Positions 39,177-50,428 of a stretch of 64,000 bases of DNA are shown here, piece by piece. Numbering within the stretch: the first letter of the stretch is position 1; each line of letters starts with the position of its first letter. Where the stretch lies: assembly GCA_963662585.1 (NCBI GenBank), contig OY759729.1:768001-832000 (forward strand). The letters are read 5' to 3'. The stretch comes from Candidatus Cloacimonadales bacterium (GTDB lineage Bacteria > Cloacimonadota > Cloacimonadia > Cloacimonadales > JAFGVF01). A program made the translations under genes and the position numbers. Below the pieces are notes generated by a model. It did not search any database, was not told the origin of the DNA, and saw nothing but the letters and a program-made list of their open reading frames with translations.

Positions 39177-40895
39177 CAGACTGTGTGAAAATAGATATGT
39201 CAACATGTATAAATGTTTAATTAATGTATTTATTTTCTTGACAAACAGAACATTATATTTATATTGGAAACATAAATATAGGAGAAATATTATGGACTAT
39301 AAACAAGGCAAAGACAGACATCAAATTCAGTTTTTAACCTATGATTCTTTAATAGGAGAAAATCACCTTGTAAGAGTACTAGATCACTTTATAGACGGGC
39401 TCGATCTAGAGAAGTTTAATTTTACCTACACAAAACCAAAACGAGTTGGTAGAAAAGCTTATAATCCTAAATTCATGTTAAAATTGTATGTCTATGGATA
39501 TCTTAGAGGAATTGTATCAAGTCGAAAATTAGAGTTAGCTACTCACGAAAATATTCCATTTATATGGCTAATGAAAGAACTAAAACCTGATTTTAAAACA
39601 ATAGCTGATTTCAGAAAAAACAATGTAAAAAATATTAAATCCGTATTTATGGAATTCAATAAATACTCGGTATATATGAATTTAATTGACTTTGAATTAT
39701 TAGCTATAGATGGTACTTTTATTGATGCAGTTAACCATAATTCTAAAAATATATCAATAAACAAAATAAACACAATTTTGAAGAAAATAGAAGCTAAATT
39801 TGATACATTTAATGAACAATATTCGACTAATGACAAAGAACAAGAATCAAAAAATGATAAAAATGAGCAACATTTAGAAAGTATTGAAAAATTAAAAGAA
39901 AAAGAAGAGTTTTATTTAAACTTAAAACAAGAGTTAAAGGATAAGGGTTTAACACAAATTTCATATACAGATCCAGATAGTCGAATGATGCAAAAAGATG
40001 GAAGCAAGAGAGATGTATCGTATAATTGCCAAAGCGTAACAGACTCTAAAAACAATTTATTGTTAATGGTTGATGCCTGTAGTGATAATACAGATGCGAA
40101 GCAACTTTACAGGATGTCTTCATTAACCAAAGAAGCCTATAATTTGTCAGAATTTTCAGTTGTCGCTGATAAGGGTTATGGTTTTGGTAGAGAGATAAAA
40201 AAATGTAATGAAGATGGTATTAAAACATATGTAACTATGCAAGATTCAGAGAAAATGAAAGGTACTCCATTCGCAACCTCTAAGTTTAAATATGATAAAA
40301 TTAATGATTGTGTTATTTGTCCTAACAATAGAACATTAATCGCTAGTAGAAAGAGAAATGCTGATAGAGGTCATGAATATGGTAGTCGCAAAACATGCAA
40401 AGGTTGTCCAGATTTAAAAGCTTGTACTAATGACAATAAGCAACAATATAGAACATTTACATTGAATCCTTATTATGAATATGTGGAGAAACAACTTGAA
40501 ATTAATAAGGTAAGTAAGAATATACTAAGTCAACGAAAATGTATTGTTGAGCATCCTTTTGGAACAATAAAAAGGGATATGAATCAGGGTAGATTTTTAA
40601 CGAAAGGCTTAGAATCTGTTCGTGGTGAGTTTATGTTTACTGCACTGGCATATAATATTAAAAGAGTATTTAACATTCTCGGATTTAATAAAATGATGGA
40701 CTCCATAAATGCCTTTTTTAGGAGAGGTTCGTCCAAAGCTGTCTATTTTGTCAAAAACATAGTACTTTTGCTAAGAATAGCAATAAATATTGCCTTTTCG
40801 AGTGCTAAATTAGCCTGATACTCGAAATGAACAAAAAATCCAGATTTAAGTTTATCAAAACTCCCTTAAATCAAAAAGTGATTTCACACAGTCTG
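39177..40895 (+). mobile_element. IS1182-family insertion sequence
   Basis: Perfect 14-bp terminal inverted repeats CAGACTGTGTGAAA (39177-39190) / TTTCACACAGTCTG (40882-40895); GGA duplicated on both flanks. Confidence 0.92.
39292..40818 (+). CDS. IS1182-family DDE transposase
   Basis: GRKAYNPKFMLKLYVYGY, SSRKLE, PDFKTIADFRK, AIDGT, TDPDSRMM, ADKGY, VEHPFGTIK. AGGAG RBS before ATG 39292. Confidence 0.93.
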   Translation: MDYKQGKDRHQIQFLTYDSLIGENHLVRVLDHFIDGLDLEKFNFTYTKPKRVGRKAYNPKFMLKLYVYGYLRGIVSSRKLELATHENIPFIWLMKELKPDFKTIADFRKNNVKNIKSVFMEFNKYSVYMNLIDFELLAIDGTFIDAVNHNSKNISINKINTILKKIEAKFDTFNEQYSTNDKEQESKNDKNEQHLESIEKLKEKEEFYLNLKQELKDKGLTQISYTDPDSRMMQKDGSKRDVSYNCQSVTDSKNNLLLMVDACSDNTDAKQLYRMSSLTKEAYNLSEFSVVADKGYGFGREIKKCNEDGIKTYVTMQDSEKMKGTPFATSKFKYDKINDCVICPNNRTLIASRKRNADRGHEYGSRKTCKGCPDLKACTNDNKQQYRTFTLNPYYEYVEKQLEINKVSKNILSQRKCIVEHPFGTIKRDMNQGRFLTKGLESVRGEFMFTALAYNIKRVFNILGFNKMMDSINAFFRRGSSKAVYFVKNIVLLLRIAINIAFSSAKLA

Positions 40896-41114
40896 GGATT
40901 CCAGCCCGCATCATTGCACTAGCAATGATATATCTTCAATCCCAAAGGGATTTAACAAGAGCAGGCTGAGTACCGCCTGATGATGGAAGCAGGGACGCTT
41001 CCATTCCATAATTTAAGATTCACGGACTAAAGGTCCGTAACCCCAGTTAATGCAAGCAGGGGCCTATGGACTGGGGGCGTCTCTGCCGCCAGAAAAGATA
41101 AGTTCCATTCCATA
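40896..41114. repeat. Mosaic REP-like cluster (families D, B, C and one copy of the 50-bp unit)
   Basis: Reverse complements of the motifs at 19271, ~19299 and 44767-44816. Confidence 0.8.
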
Positions 41115-41142
41115 GCTCTTCCCCCTTCTAGAGCTAGAGAGT

Positions 41143-42288
41143 CTAACTTCTATCCATATAATCTTTCATAATAGTGAAGAAATCTCCTACCCATTTAGGT
41201 GGATTTTCAATAGGGTCAGTTCCCATCCAGGCAGCATAAGAATCTTCATGTTCTGGAGAGAAGCCATGCATACCAGGTAATGATTTTACTCCCATATCAG
41301 AAGGAACAATCTGCACACCTGGGTCCATAAGAAGAATCTCTTCCCCATACATATTATCTTCAAAATCAATTCCGAATTTAACTTTTTCCTCTTGGGAAAG
41401 AAGATGAGAATAAGGCACTTTCTCTGCTTTCTTAAGGATATGTTCCCGACATTTCTCATTGATAAACCAGAAATGCACCATTGTAGAATCATAGCAAGCT
41501 ACATAATCTCTGCCAAAAGTGAAGCCTAAGGATTCAATCTCTTTTTTGACATCTACTTCTTGAGTGAGACTTGTCATGCCATGATCAGAAATAACAAAAA
41601 GGGAGTAATCTTCATAGTGTTCTTCAACTTCCTTAACTAATTCTTTAATCTTGGAAGCATACCAATCTAATTTAGGTTGAATCTCCTTACCATCTTTAGT
41701 AACATTATGAAGCAGTCCATCCATACTAGCAGTATAGAGAAAGGCAAAATCTACTTTTTCTTCTTTAATATCGCTGATTAGGGCATTAACATTTTCTTCT
41801 TCTGAGAGCCTCCAATTAGAGATATGATAAGGAATCTTCTTCTCTTCTAGAAGATCGGCTAGGTTTTTTGTAGGAGCTAAACCATTGGGGACAAAAAGGT
41901 CTTTTTTTTCAATATAATCAAAGTAAGGCAAGCGGTCAAAAGGCATGGAGTAGATTTCGAAATAGCCTGTATAACCATTTACTTTCTTAATTATTTTAGA
42001 GAATTGATGACGGAATCTCCACCTATCAAAAATAGATTTGGGTAAAAACTTTAAGTATTTAAAAGCTTTGAAAGGACTCTCTTCTGGATTATAATAGTAG
42101 AAACTAAGATGCTTATGTTCAGTAGGTTTCTTACCTGTTAAGATAGTGGGAATTGCTGTGCATGAGTAGCCAAACTGCATTTGAGCAGGATAGCGGTAAG
42201 GTAACAATTCTTCTAAAAAATTATACTTCTTCTGAATTTCCCAACCAAAAGCATCTATAAACATAAATATTGAGACTCTTTTCTTCAT
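41143..42288 (-). CDS. Alkaline-phosphatase superfamily (nucleotide pyrophosphatase/phosphodiesterase-like) protein
   Basis: FMFIDAFG, GYSCTAIPTILTG, DGLLH, ISDHGM, GMHGF. Confidence 0.85.
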   Translation of the reverse strand: MKKRVSIFMFIDAFGWEIQKKYNFLEELLPYRYPAQMQFGYSCTAIPTILTGKKPTEHKHLSFYYYNPEESPFKAFKYLKFLPKSIFDRWRFRHQFSKIIKKVNGYTGYFEIYSMPFDRLPYFDYIEKKDLFVPNGLAPTKNLADLLEEKKIPYHISNWRLSEEENVNALISDIKEEKVDFAFLYTASMDGLLHNVTKDGKEIQPKLDWYASKIKELVKEVEEHYEDYSLFVISDHGMTSLTQEVDVKKEIESLGFTFGRDYVACYDSTMVHFWFINEKCREHILKKAEKVPYSHLLSQEEKVKFGIDFEDNMYGEEILLMDPGVQIVPSDMGVKSLPGMHGFSPEHEDSYAAWMGTDPIENPPKWVGDFFTIMKDYMDRS

Positions 42289-42354
42289 TTCTGTCTCCTT
42301 AAAAATTCTTTTAGTAATAATATATTGAGAATCCTATTCAAAGCTATTATAAAA

Positions 42355-42936
42355 TTATTTATTTACCACAACTTTTATTTCTGAGAGAATATCTAAACAG
42401 CTTGTTAAAGATGATAAGTCTTTAATTATTTTATTGTTACTACTAATTCCGTATGGTTGTAAGATAATTTCTTTCGCATCAGGAGTCATCTCACCTCTGT
42501 ATATCAAAGCTGGTTGTCCATCAACATTACCTTTTTGCTTGGGATAATTTTCATTATAATCAAAAGAATTGTTAACTTCTGCGTAAATATAAGTAAGAGA
42601 ATTATCTGAAATCTCCCAGCTAATGGAAAAATCATTTTTAGGAGTAGCAGAAGTTACTTGCATATCTTCTTTACTTTTTAAACTACTCCAGTAGGGTAAA
42701 GCTTCTTTACGATTAATCTTTGAGTTTGCCTCTGTAACGAATAGAGTCTCTTGGAGATTGTTCTCATTATTGGCAGTCCAAACGGCAATTTGAGGGGTTA
42801 GTTTTACAGGAATAATCTTCATAAACCAATAAGTATGGTTCCATTCTGGACCTGCAACAAAATGCACATTCATTTGACTAGCCACTGCAATAGAAATAAA
42901 GCATAATATCATGACTAGTGATATAACTTTTTTCAT
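42355..42936 (-). CDS. Exported protein, DUF2271-like
   Basis: Signal peptide, PQIAVW..ETLFVT..EALPYW..VTSATP..EVNNSFD..GQPALIY. Confidence 0.65.
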   Translation of the reverse strand: MKKVISLVMILCFISIAVASQMNVHFVAGPEWNHTYWFMKIIPVKLTPQIAVWTANNENNLQETLFVTEANSKINRKEALPYWSSLKSKEDMQVTSATPKNDFSISWEISDNSLTYIYAEVNNSFDYNENYPKQKGNVDGQPALIYRGEMTPDAKEIILQPYGISSNNKIIKDLSSLTSCLDILSEIKVVVNK

Positions 42937-42944
42937 ATTTTCTC

Positions 42945-44606
42945 CTATATATTTATTTTTTCGAGTATTTCCTTAGCTCTTTCTAAGGTACTATCAATAT
43001 CTTGATGAATATTCTTATCTCCAATCAAATCATAAAGACCAAAATTCTTAAGAGCTTTCAGAGGTTGAGGGTTTACTCCCGATAAAAGCAGAACTATACC
43101 ATCATGAGTAGAATCTAAATAAAGATTTCGCAAGGAGTTAAGTCCTGTAGCATCTATGGCAGGAACGCTTCTCATTCTGATGATTCTTATTTTAGGAGCA
43201 GATTCTAAGGCTCTTATAGAGTCTTTAAACTTTGAAGCAGCTCCGAAAAAGAAAGGTCCACCGACTTCATAAACTTCCACACCCTCAGGAACATCTTTCA
43301 TCTTGATACTATTGGGGTCATCTTCATCAGCTTTATCCTGGAATGAGTTAGTTATAAAATCAATATTACTAACTGTCGCCATTCTCTTCATAAAGAGGAA
43401 CATAGCTAAGACTAAACCTACTTCAATAGCAATAGTAAGGTCAAAGAAAACTGTCAATAAAAAAGTAGTTAAAAGCACAATTATATCACTCTTAGGACTT
43501 TTAAGTAATTGTCTGAAAATATGATGCTCACTCATATTATAAGCAACCATGATAAGAATTGCAGCTAAAGTGGACATAGGAATGAGTTTAGCCCAAGGAC
43601 CTAACAAGAGCATGATTAACAAAAGAGTAATGGCATGAACCATACCAGCAATAGGTGTTCTACCACCATTTTTAATATTTGTTGCTGTTCTGGCAATAGC
43701 TCCAGTAACAGGAATTCCGCCAAATAGTGGAGATACGATATTGGCTACACCTTGTCCGATTAATTCAGTATTAGACTTATGCTTCTCCCCTATCATACCA
43801 TCAGCAACAACTGCTGAAAGTAAGGCTTCTATAGCTGCCAACATTGCTATCGTAAAGGCAGGGGGTAACATATTCTTGATAAGTTCAAAGGAAATATGAG
43901 GAAGTTGAGGTTTAGGTAAAGATGAAGGTATGGATCCAAAATGAGATTCTATAGTTGGAACATTTAAATCTAATAAAGAGACTAGAAGAGTTGCCACTAA
44001 AATAGCAATTATGGAACCTGGTAACTTACGGTTAATTCTAGGCCAGAAAATAATTATCAATAATGACAAAAGACCTATTAAAAGAGCTTGCCAATTGAAA
44101 GAGTGAAAATTAGAAAAATAACTCCCCCACTTTCCTATAAAATCTCCAGGTACTTTTTCAATACTTAAGCCAAAGAAATCTTTTATTTGCGTAGAAAAAA
44201 TTACTACAGCTATTCCCGAAGTGAAGCCTACAACCACTGGATAAGGGATAAACTTAATCAAAGAACCAAACTTGGATAGTCCCATTATAATTAAAAAAAT
44301 ACCTGCCATCATGGTAGCAACCATTAAGCCATCGACTCCATATTGCTCGACAATTCCAAAGATAATAATTATAAATGCTCCAGTAGGTCCACCTATCTGG
44401 ACATGACTTCCCCCTAAGAAGGAGACCAAAAATCCACCGATAACGGCTGTGATTAAACCTTTCTCAGGTGTAACTCCTGAAGCAATACCAAAAGCAATAC
44501 CCAAAGGTAAAGCAACTATACCAACTAGAATACCTGCTATGATATCATTCATTAGCTGTTTCTTAGTCATTTTGGGAAGTAACTCAAATAATTTAGGAAT
44601 TAACAA
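42945..44606 (-). CDS. sulP: SulP-family anion transporter with STAS domain
   Basis: [47 protein letters not shown]. Confidence 0.93.
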   Translation of the reverse strand: MLIPKLFELLPKMTKKQLMNDIIAGILVGIVALPLGIAFGIASGVTPEKGLITAVIGGFLVSFLGGSHVQIGGPTGAFIIIIFGIVEQYGVDGLMVATMMAGIFLIIMGLSKFGSLIKFIPYPVVVGFTSGIAVVIFSTQIKDFFGLSIEKVPGDFIGKWGSYFSNFHSFNWQALLIGLLSLLIIIFWPRINRKLPGSIIAILVATLLVSLLDLNVPTIESHFGSIPSSLPKPQLPHISFELIKNMLPPAFTIAMLAAIEALLSAVVADGMIGEKHKSNTELIGQGVANIVSPLFGGIPVTGAIARTATNIKNGGRTPIAGMVHAITLLLIMLLLGPWAKLIPMSTLAAILIMVAYNMSEHHIFRQLLKSPKSDIIVLLTTFLLTVFFDLTIAIEVGLVLAMFLFMKRMATVSNIDFITNSFQDKADEDDPNSIKMKDVPEGVEVYEVGGPFFFGAASKFKDSIRALESAPKIRIIRMRSVPAIDATGLNSLRNLYLDSTHDGIVLLLSGVNPQPLKALKNFGLYDLIGDKNIHQDIDSTLERAKEILEKINI

Positions 44607-44766
44607 TTCATTTCTCCCTTAAAAGTTCCATAAACTTTTTTAATAATTTTATTCATGGCGTCGGATTAAGAAATAGGGAAAGTTTGTCAAAGTAAATCTA
44701 TAAAAAAGAGTTATTATATTGCTTTCATGCTAGTTAAGGCTAATAAGTTTCTATGGAATAGAAAGG

Positions 44767-45127
44767 TCCTTGCTTCCTAATCTTTTCTGGCGGCAGGGAC
44801 GCCCCCAGTCCATAGATCCTTGCTTCCTAATCTTTTCTGGCGGCAGGGACGCTCCCAATCCATAGATCCTTGCTTCCTAATCTTTTCTGGCGGCAGGGAC
44901 GCCCCCAGTCCATAGATCCTTGCTTCCTAATCTTTTCTGGCGGCAGGGACGCTCCCAATCCATAGATCCTTGCTTCCTAATCTTTTCTGGCGGCAGGGAC
45001 GCCCCCAGTCCATAGATCCTTGCTTCCTAATCTTTTCTGGCAGCAGGGACGCTCCCAATCCATAGATCCTTGCTTCTTAATCTTTTCTGGCGGCAGGGAC
45101 GCCCCCAGTCCATAGATTCCTGCTTCC
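44767..45127. repeat. Tandem array of 7 x 50-bp units alternating two variants (ABABABA)
   Basis: TGCTTCCTAA recurs every 50 bp from 44771; GCCCCCAGTC (44801, 44901, 45001, 45101) alternates with GCTCCCAATC (44851, 44951, 45051). Confidence 0.95.
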
Positions 45128-45148
45128 ATGAGGATCTTTAAAGCGGAT

Positions 45149-45333
45149 AATAACTGGGAAGGTGGGTGCTGGTCATGGGCAATAACTAGGAAGCGGGCAT
45201 CTCTGCCAGCACCACGCAACTGCTTGGTAGAAAATCTTTTAAGACCAGCATTAACTGCTGGTCGCGGGCAGGGATGCCCGCATTCGCAGTTAGAAACACC
45301 TGTGTCCTCTCATAGAGGGTATAACATGGTTAT
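45149..45333. repeat. REP doublet (family D, inverted pair) plus family-A copy downstream of paralog 1
   Basis: TAACTAGGAAGCGGGCATC..GATGCCCGCATTCGCAGTTA; homologous to 55160-55354. Confidence 0.75.
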
Positions 45334-48300
45334 CTATTTCATTAATACCATTTTCCTTGTTTCTGTTTGATTTCCAGCTTTTAAATTATAAAAGTATAAG
45401 CCTGAAGCAACAGCTTTATCTTGCTCATTTAAGCCATTCCATACAAAAGAGTAAGAACCTTTTGAGAAACTGTCCTTAGCTAGTGTCTTAACTTTCTGAC
45501 CTTTAACATTGTAGATAGTAAGTTCTACATCTTTAGTATCTTTCGCTAAGTTAAAACTAATTCTTGTAGTTGGGTTAAAAGGATTTGGATAATTCTGTGC
45601 TAAGCTTGAGTTAGCAATTTGAGCATCATTAGAATCATCATTAGAGACAGCGGAAAAATCAACATATTGAGCATAAATACCAAAAATAGAAGTCTTACCT
45701 GAGGATCTTCCATCTGCCCAGACAAAGAAAGCTTTGTTATCACCCATTGGGGCAATTCTAACTGAATTTTGATCCTTCAATTCTGTAGTCAAAGGAATAC
45801 CAACACTTCCATTAAGAGTCTCACCATTGGATTTTAAAAGATTCATGTAAATATCTTTATTCCAATAACTTTCTTCTTGTTCCCAGGCAATGACATGATA
45901 ATCATCATTAATTTTTTCAATTACAGGTCTTCTCTGATTAAAGTCACCTTCTGCGATTATCAAACCTTCTTCAGCAAATTGCTTCTCACCTGAGAAAGAA
46001 ATCTTCTGTGCTTTTATATTTTCATTATATCCGATAGTAGATTCTTCCCAGGTAACATAGATAGCGTCACCTATAGCTAAATCAGGGTTTCGTGACTCAC
46101 TTAAGATCCCATCATAATTATGCAAACTAGTAGGGAATTCTTCTTGCCATGTGAAAGAGCCATCATCAGTTAAACCCTGAGTATAAATAGTGTATAATTG
46201 ATCTTCTCTATCATCAGCCCAAGAGTAGTAGAGTGTATTATTATAAATTGCACCTTTTCCTCCTCCATCAACGAATACCTCTTCTGGGACCAAAGAATTA
46301 CCTTCGATTGAGTAGCCTTCCATTACTTGACCAGCTTCATTAACTTTAGCTACTCTTCTATCTGTTACATTAACATTCCAAACATAATAATTACCAATTA
46401 AATCATACAATTGTATATCGCTATCATACTCAAAGTTAATAGATCCTGAAAGTTGAATTCCACTTTCTCCCCATTGTTTAGCACCATTACTTATTCTTTG
46501 ACCAAAGACTTGTTTGATAAATAGACTTTGGTCTGTTAATATATTATCACTCCAGCCAAGATAAAAGTCACCATTATAATAACTTACTCTAGGATTTTCT
46601 TGACCTGCTGTAAACCCAGTTGTCATTTCCATACCCTCATCACCCCAAAGTAGGCTTCCATCTACATCTATCAACTGAGCATATATTTTAGGATAGTACC
46701 CACTCTGTTCTTGCCAAAGGACCATAGTTTGTCCCTCAGGATTTGTAACAGAATTGAAATCAGATCGTTCGTGACCGGTAGGAATAGTAAGAGGGCGACC
46801 ATTTTCTTCTAAATCAACACTTCCATCTGGATTAATAAATTGGAAGAAAATTTGGTAACCATTAATGGCATAACGAGAATCCCACCACACTACCACTAGA
46901 TCATTTTGAACTGGACGAGGATGCACTTCAATAAGGTCGTTTTTACCTGCATCACCACTAAGACCGTAAAAAACTGTTTGGCCATTTTCGGCTAATACTG
47001 TATTATTTGAAGCATTAATAATCTGCTGATTAATTCCCTTAGAACCAGTTCTGCCATCTAACCATACTGCAAAAATATTATCCCCACTCTTTTTTATAAG
47101 AGGAAAGTTTTGTTCATTTGTAGCAGTACAAATAGCTAAACCAGCTTCTCCCCACTGAAAGATACCCTCAGAATTAAGATGCTGAGCAAAAATATCAACT
47201 TGAGGGAAATCACCATTTCTCATATCAGTCCAAACTAAGAAAGCTCCACCATTAGTATCGCTATCAATACGAAATGTTAACTCTCTTACTTCATTAGTTC
47301 TTATTTCAACACCATCTTCTGCCCATAATTTAGCACCTGTAGAGCTGATTTTTTGTGCCAAAAGTCCTACACTAATAAATGAGTTTCTAGAATCTTCCCA
47401 TGCAATAATAGTATTACCCAATCCGTCAGCTTGAATTTGAGGATAACTTTGATTAAAACTCTGTGCATCATCTTCATCGCTATATACTTCTATATATTGG
47501 CCCCAATCTGCACTACCATCACTAAGTAATCTTTGAGCAAAGATATTGGTGGTATCTTCTCTTCTATCTTCCCAGACAAAGACGAAAGCACCCAATCCAT
47601 CAGAGGCAACTTTAACATTTCCCTGATATCCATCATCCACAGTCAAAGGAATAGCTTGCCCCCATACTGATTGCCCGTTACTATTAAATCTATTAGCAAA
47701 AACATTGCTGATATTATCAGATAATGAATCATAAGCAATAACAAATCCACCATCACCATCTTCTGTGAGAGAGTTATTAGTTGAAGCGATGTAAATTCCA
47801 TCTGTATTCCAGAGATTGTTCCCATTGCCATCTAAATTCGCACCGTAGAGGTCTCTATAATAGTCCCTTTTATCATTCCAAAGCAAGTAAGCTCCACCAA
47901 CATTATTTTTTACAATATTGAGTGAAATTTGATCATCTTGATTAGTACATACAGGAACACCACCCTCTTGCCAGAGAAGTTCTCCAGCATTATTGATTTT
48001 CTGAGCAAAAACATCGCCATCTTGGTCTAGTGAGTAATCAATCCAAGCAATTACAAAATTTCCATCTGATGTTTTAACTATTACAGGTGCTTCCTGTCTG
48101 TCAGATTTATTATCAATAGTTGTAGGCTCTTGACCCCATTGGGAAACTCCAAGGGCATCAAATTTCATTGCGAATAGGTCTCTATCACCATTTTTAGTGT
48201 CTGACCATACATAAATAATTCCACCATCATCAGTAGTGGCTGAAGTACGATACCATTCAATATTGACCCCTTGTCTTATTGGCAAAGCATCTTCCCACAT

Positions 48301-48360
48301 AGTTTGTGCGCATACAAAAGTTGTTAGTAACAATAGAAACACAATTAGTCTACTTTTCAT
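45334..48360 (-). CDS. Large secreted repeat (probable beta-propeller) protein with C-terminal sorting domain, paralog 1
   Basis: Signal peptide, repeated DGxGGxxxxWxDxR..D(I/V)FAQ units, QNYPNPFNPTT..ASGLYFY tail. Confidence 0.85.
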   Translation of the reverse strand: MKSRLIVFLLLLTTFVCAQTMWEDALPIRQGVNIEWYRTSATTDDGGIIYVWSDTKNGDRDLFAMKFDALGVSQWGQEPTTIDNKSDRQEAPVIVKTSDGNFVIAWIDYSLDQDGDVFAQKINNAGELLWQEGGVPVCTNQDDQISLNIVKNNVGGAYLLWNDKRDYYRDLYGANLDGNGNNLWNTDGIYIASTNNSLTEDGDGGFVIAYDSLSDNISNVFANRFNSNGQSVWGQAIPLTVDDGYQGNVKVASDGLGAFVFVWEDRREDTTNIFAQRLLSDGSADWGQYIEVYSDEDDAQSFNQSYPQIQADGLGNTIIAWEDSRNSFISVGLLAQKISSTGAKLWAEDGVEIRTNEVRELTFRIDSDTNGGAFLVWTDMRNGDFPQVDIFAQHLNSEGIFQWGEAGLAICTATNEQNFPLIKKSGDNIFAVWLDGRTGSKGINQQIINASNNTVLAENGQTVFYGLSGDAGKNDLIEVHPRPVQNDLVVVWWDSRYAINGYQIFFQFINPDGSVDLEENGRPLTIPTGHERSDFNSVTNPEGQTMVLWQEQSGYYPKIYAQLIDVDGSLLWGDEGMEMTTGFTAGQENPRVSYYNGDFYLGWSDNILTDQSLFIKQVFGQRISNGAKQWGESGIQLSGSINFEYDSDIQLYDLIGNYYVWNVNVTDRRVAKVNEAGQVMEGYSIEGNSLVPEEVFVDGGGKGAIYNNTLYYSWADDREDQLYTIYTQGLTDDGSFTWQEEFPTSLHNYDGILSESRNPDLAIGDAIYVTWEESTIGYNENIKAQKISFSGEKQFAEEGLIIAEGDFNQRRPVIEKINDDYHVIAWEQEESYWNKDIYMNLLKSNGETLNGSVGIPLTTELKDQNSVRIAPMGDNKAFFVWADGRSSGKTSIFGIYAQYVDFSAVSNDDSNDAQIANSSLAQNYPNPFNPTTRISFNLAKDTKDVELTIYNVKGQKVKTLAKDSFSKGSYSFVWNGLNEQDKAVASGLYFYNLKAGNQTETRKMVLMK

Positions 48361-48617
48361 TTGAGCCTCCGTTCAAGTTTTTGTTATTCCTTTTAAAAGT
48401 ATTGAATTTATCAATGTGCAAATTACATTCCAAAGCTATATAGATTATTGTATTTTCTCAGTCTAGTGGTTGTAAATATTGAAATAAATAAGAATAAGCA
48501 AGTTAATATTTGCACTATCGACCAAATTACATATAAATAGAGAAGTAGATTTCTTTAATTGTCCTAACTTATTTCTAAGATGAAAATAGTTCTGAAACTA
48601 TTGAAGTTAATTTAGTA

Positions 48618-49676
48618 TTACTTAGAATTATTCTGTTTTTGCAAGAGCTTATATAGGGCTGATTTATTATTCTGAACTATAATTTTAAGATCGCTGTTTT
48701 GGGGAAGAAAGTGAGAGACTCCATTGGGAGACAGGGGACTAACTTCAATAGTAAAAGCGAGTGTATTAAATTTTCTATAAAGGAAATCACGAGCATAGCC
48801 ATATTGACTTGTCTCACCAGTATTAACTTGGTAATTCTCCGATTTGTAGAAACAGGGTAGATTATCAGATAAAGACTCTGCTATCTTCTTCATTTTATCC
48901 CAATCTTTACTTTTTTCAGTCCCCCAGTTATAAGGGAAAAAGATAATTTCCGGATAAGTACCATTAGCAGAAGAGTGATACTGAAAAGAATAGTCAAAAG
49001 AAAATCTTTCAGCAAGATTAATAACAGCTTGAATTTCTGATTCAGAAGCTGACTCCTTACCTTTATAATATGGGCTTTGAGGATGATCTAAATCGGCTTC
49101 TTCCCAATTACTTGGATAATTTTTGTTTAGATCTACCCCGTCTGTTTTTAGGTCAAGGAAGCCGTTGTGGTTAGTATCCCTATTGTTCTTTCTTTTTAAG
49201 GGAAACTCTCCACTATTCACTATTTTGAAGGCTTCAGGATTCACAGTAGGGATAATAACAAAATAATAGTTTCTGATTAACTCTTCAAGATTAGGTTTAG
49301 AGATTAAATCTTTCAGAATAGCCATAGCTATTTCTACTCCGATTGGCTCTTCTCCATGATGTTGTCCAATTATTAGTACTTTCTTTATATCTTTAGGAAG
49401 TTTTCGTTCCCATAGCTTTTTCTTTTTGTTAGTAATTTTATCTGATTTAAAAATATGAAGAGCATAAATCGGCAGATTTTCTGCAGAGGAATGGCCAATG
49501 ATTTCTATATCAGAGATTAATCTATCTTCTTGATGATAATGTAGAAGGGAATCACTCAGTGTTTTCCAAGAATGATAATCACTATCAAGGGGATATTGAT
49601 TGAGGGCTAAGATAAAAGTAACCCTAAGGAGCAGTAAGAGAATAAAAATTCTAGTCTTCACTCTTATCTTTCCCAC
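48618..49676 (-). CDS. M14-family zinc carboxypeptidase
   Basis: HHGEE (HxxE), VNPE, RKN, GVDLNKNY, QYHS, FTIE. Confidence 0.88.
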   Translation of the reverse strand: MGKIRVKTRIFILLLLLRVTFILALNQYPLDSDYHSWKTLSDSLLHYHQEDRLISDIEIIGHSSAENLPIYALHIFKSDKITNKKKKLWERKLPKDIKKVLIIGQHHGEEPIGVEIAMAILKDLISKPNLEELIRNYYFVIIPTVNPEAFKIVNSGEFPLKRKNNRDTNHNGFLDLKTDGVDLNKNYPSNWEEADLDHPQSPYYKGKESASESEIQAVINLAERFSFDYSFQYHSSANGTYPEIIFFPYNWGTEKSKDWDKMKKIAESLSDNLPCFYKSENYQVNTGETSQYGYARDFLYRKFNTLAFTIEVSPLSPNGVSHFLPQNSDLKIIVQNNKSALYKLLQKQNNSK

Positions 49677-50428
49677 TCAGTAATAGCCGTAAACACTTCA
49701 AGATTATCATTTTGTCTAATAATCTTATGATGAAAAATATTATCTTCTACTTGATAAGTTTTTATAGATATTTCTTCAGAGAACTTAACTTCTTGAATAA
49801 AATTAGTATTTATTCTGATTAAGTCATATCTTTTATCAAAATACTCAGCAATAGAATCTAAAACCATATCTACATAAGCGGTATTGTTCATGTGTCCATT
49901 GATATCAATATCAGAAAATCTAACTTGTTTAGTAAATTTATTAACCAGATTTTCAGCTATAATGTTAATTTTTTCCAAAGGATTAGCAAATAACTCATGA
50001 TTAAAACTCTGAATAAAATCTAAATTTATTTTGGTGAGAGGAATAATTCTTCTTTTCTCTAAGTTAATTACCACCCAATCAGAAGTAGCTTTAATTATAG
50101 GTTTATTATCTTTATCAGTAATGAGGAAATTTCTGTTTGCTACTATTTTATTATGTCTATTACTCCAAGTATGGACGGTAAACTCTTCTAAGGCTCGAGG
50201 AAGTCTTTCAAATTCAATTAATTGCTTAGTTAAAACCCAAGCACCTTTATTATTCTTTAAATCATCAAAACCTATTTTCATAACTTCAGAGTGTTGAGAA
50301 GCAACTTCCTGCAAATATTTATAGAGGTCTGAAATTTTAATTGTTTGGAAATAACTAGTGTTATAGGTCTCGACAAGATACTTTTGCTTATAGATTTTAT
50401 CACTATTTAGAAAATCTAAATTGGTCAA
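49664..50428 (-). CDS. Acyl-ACP thioesterase
   Basis: YLQEVASQHS, WVLTK, VRFSDIDINGHMNNTAY. Confidence 0.9.
   Translation of the reverse strand: MTNLDFLNSDKIYKQKYLVETYNTSYFQTIKISDLYKYLQEVASQHSEVMKIGFDDLKNNKGAWVLTKQLIEFERLPRALEEFTVHTWSNRHNKIVANRNFLITDKDNKPIIKATSDWVVINLEKRRIIPLTKINLDFIQSFNHELFANPLEKINIIAENLVNKFTKQVRFSDIDINGHMNNTAYVDMVLDSIAEYFDKRYDLIRINTNFIQEVKFSEEISIKTYQVEDNIFHHKIIRQNDNLEVFTAITEWER

Noticed and set aside
44767..45127. CRISPR array
   Set aside because: Units are contiguous with no unique spacers, and no cas genes are present.
44977..45370. ORFs 44977-45219 and 45128-45370 (also 54751-54984)
   Set aside because: Translations of repeat DNA.
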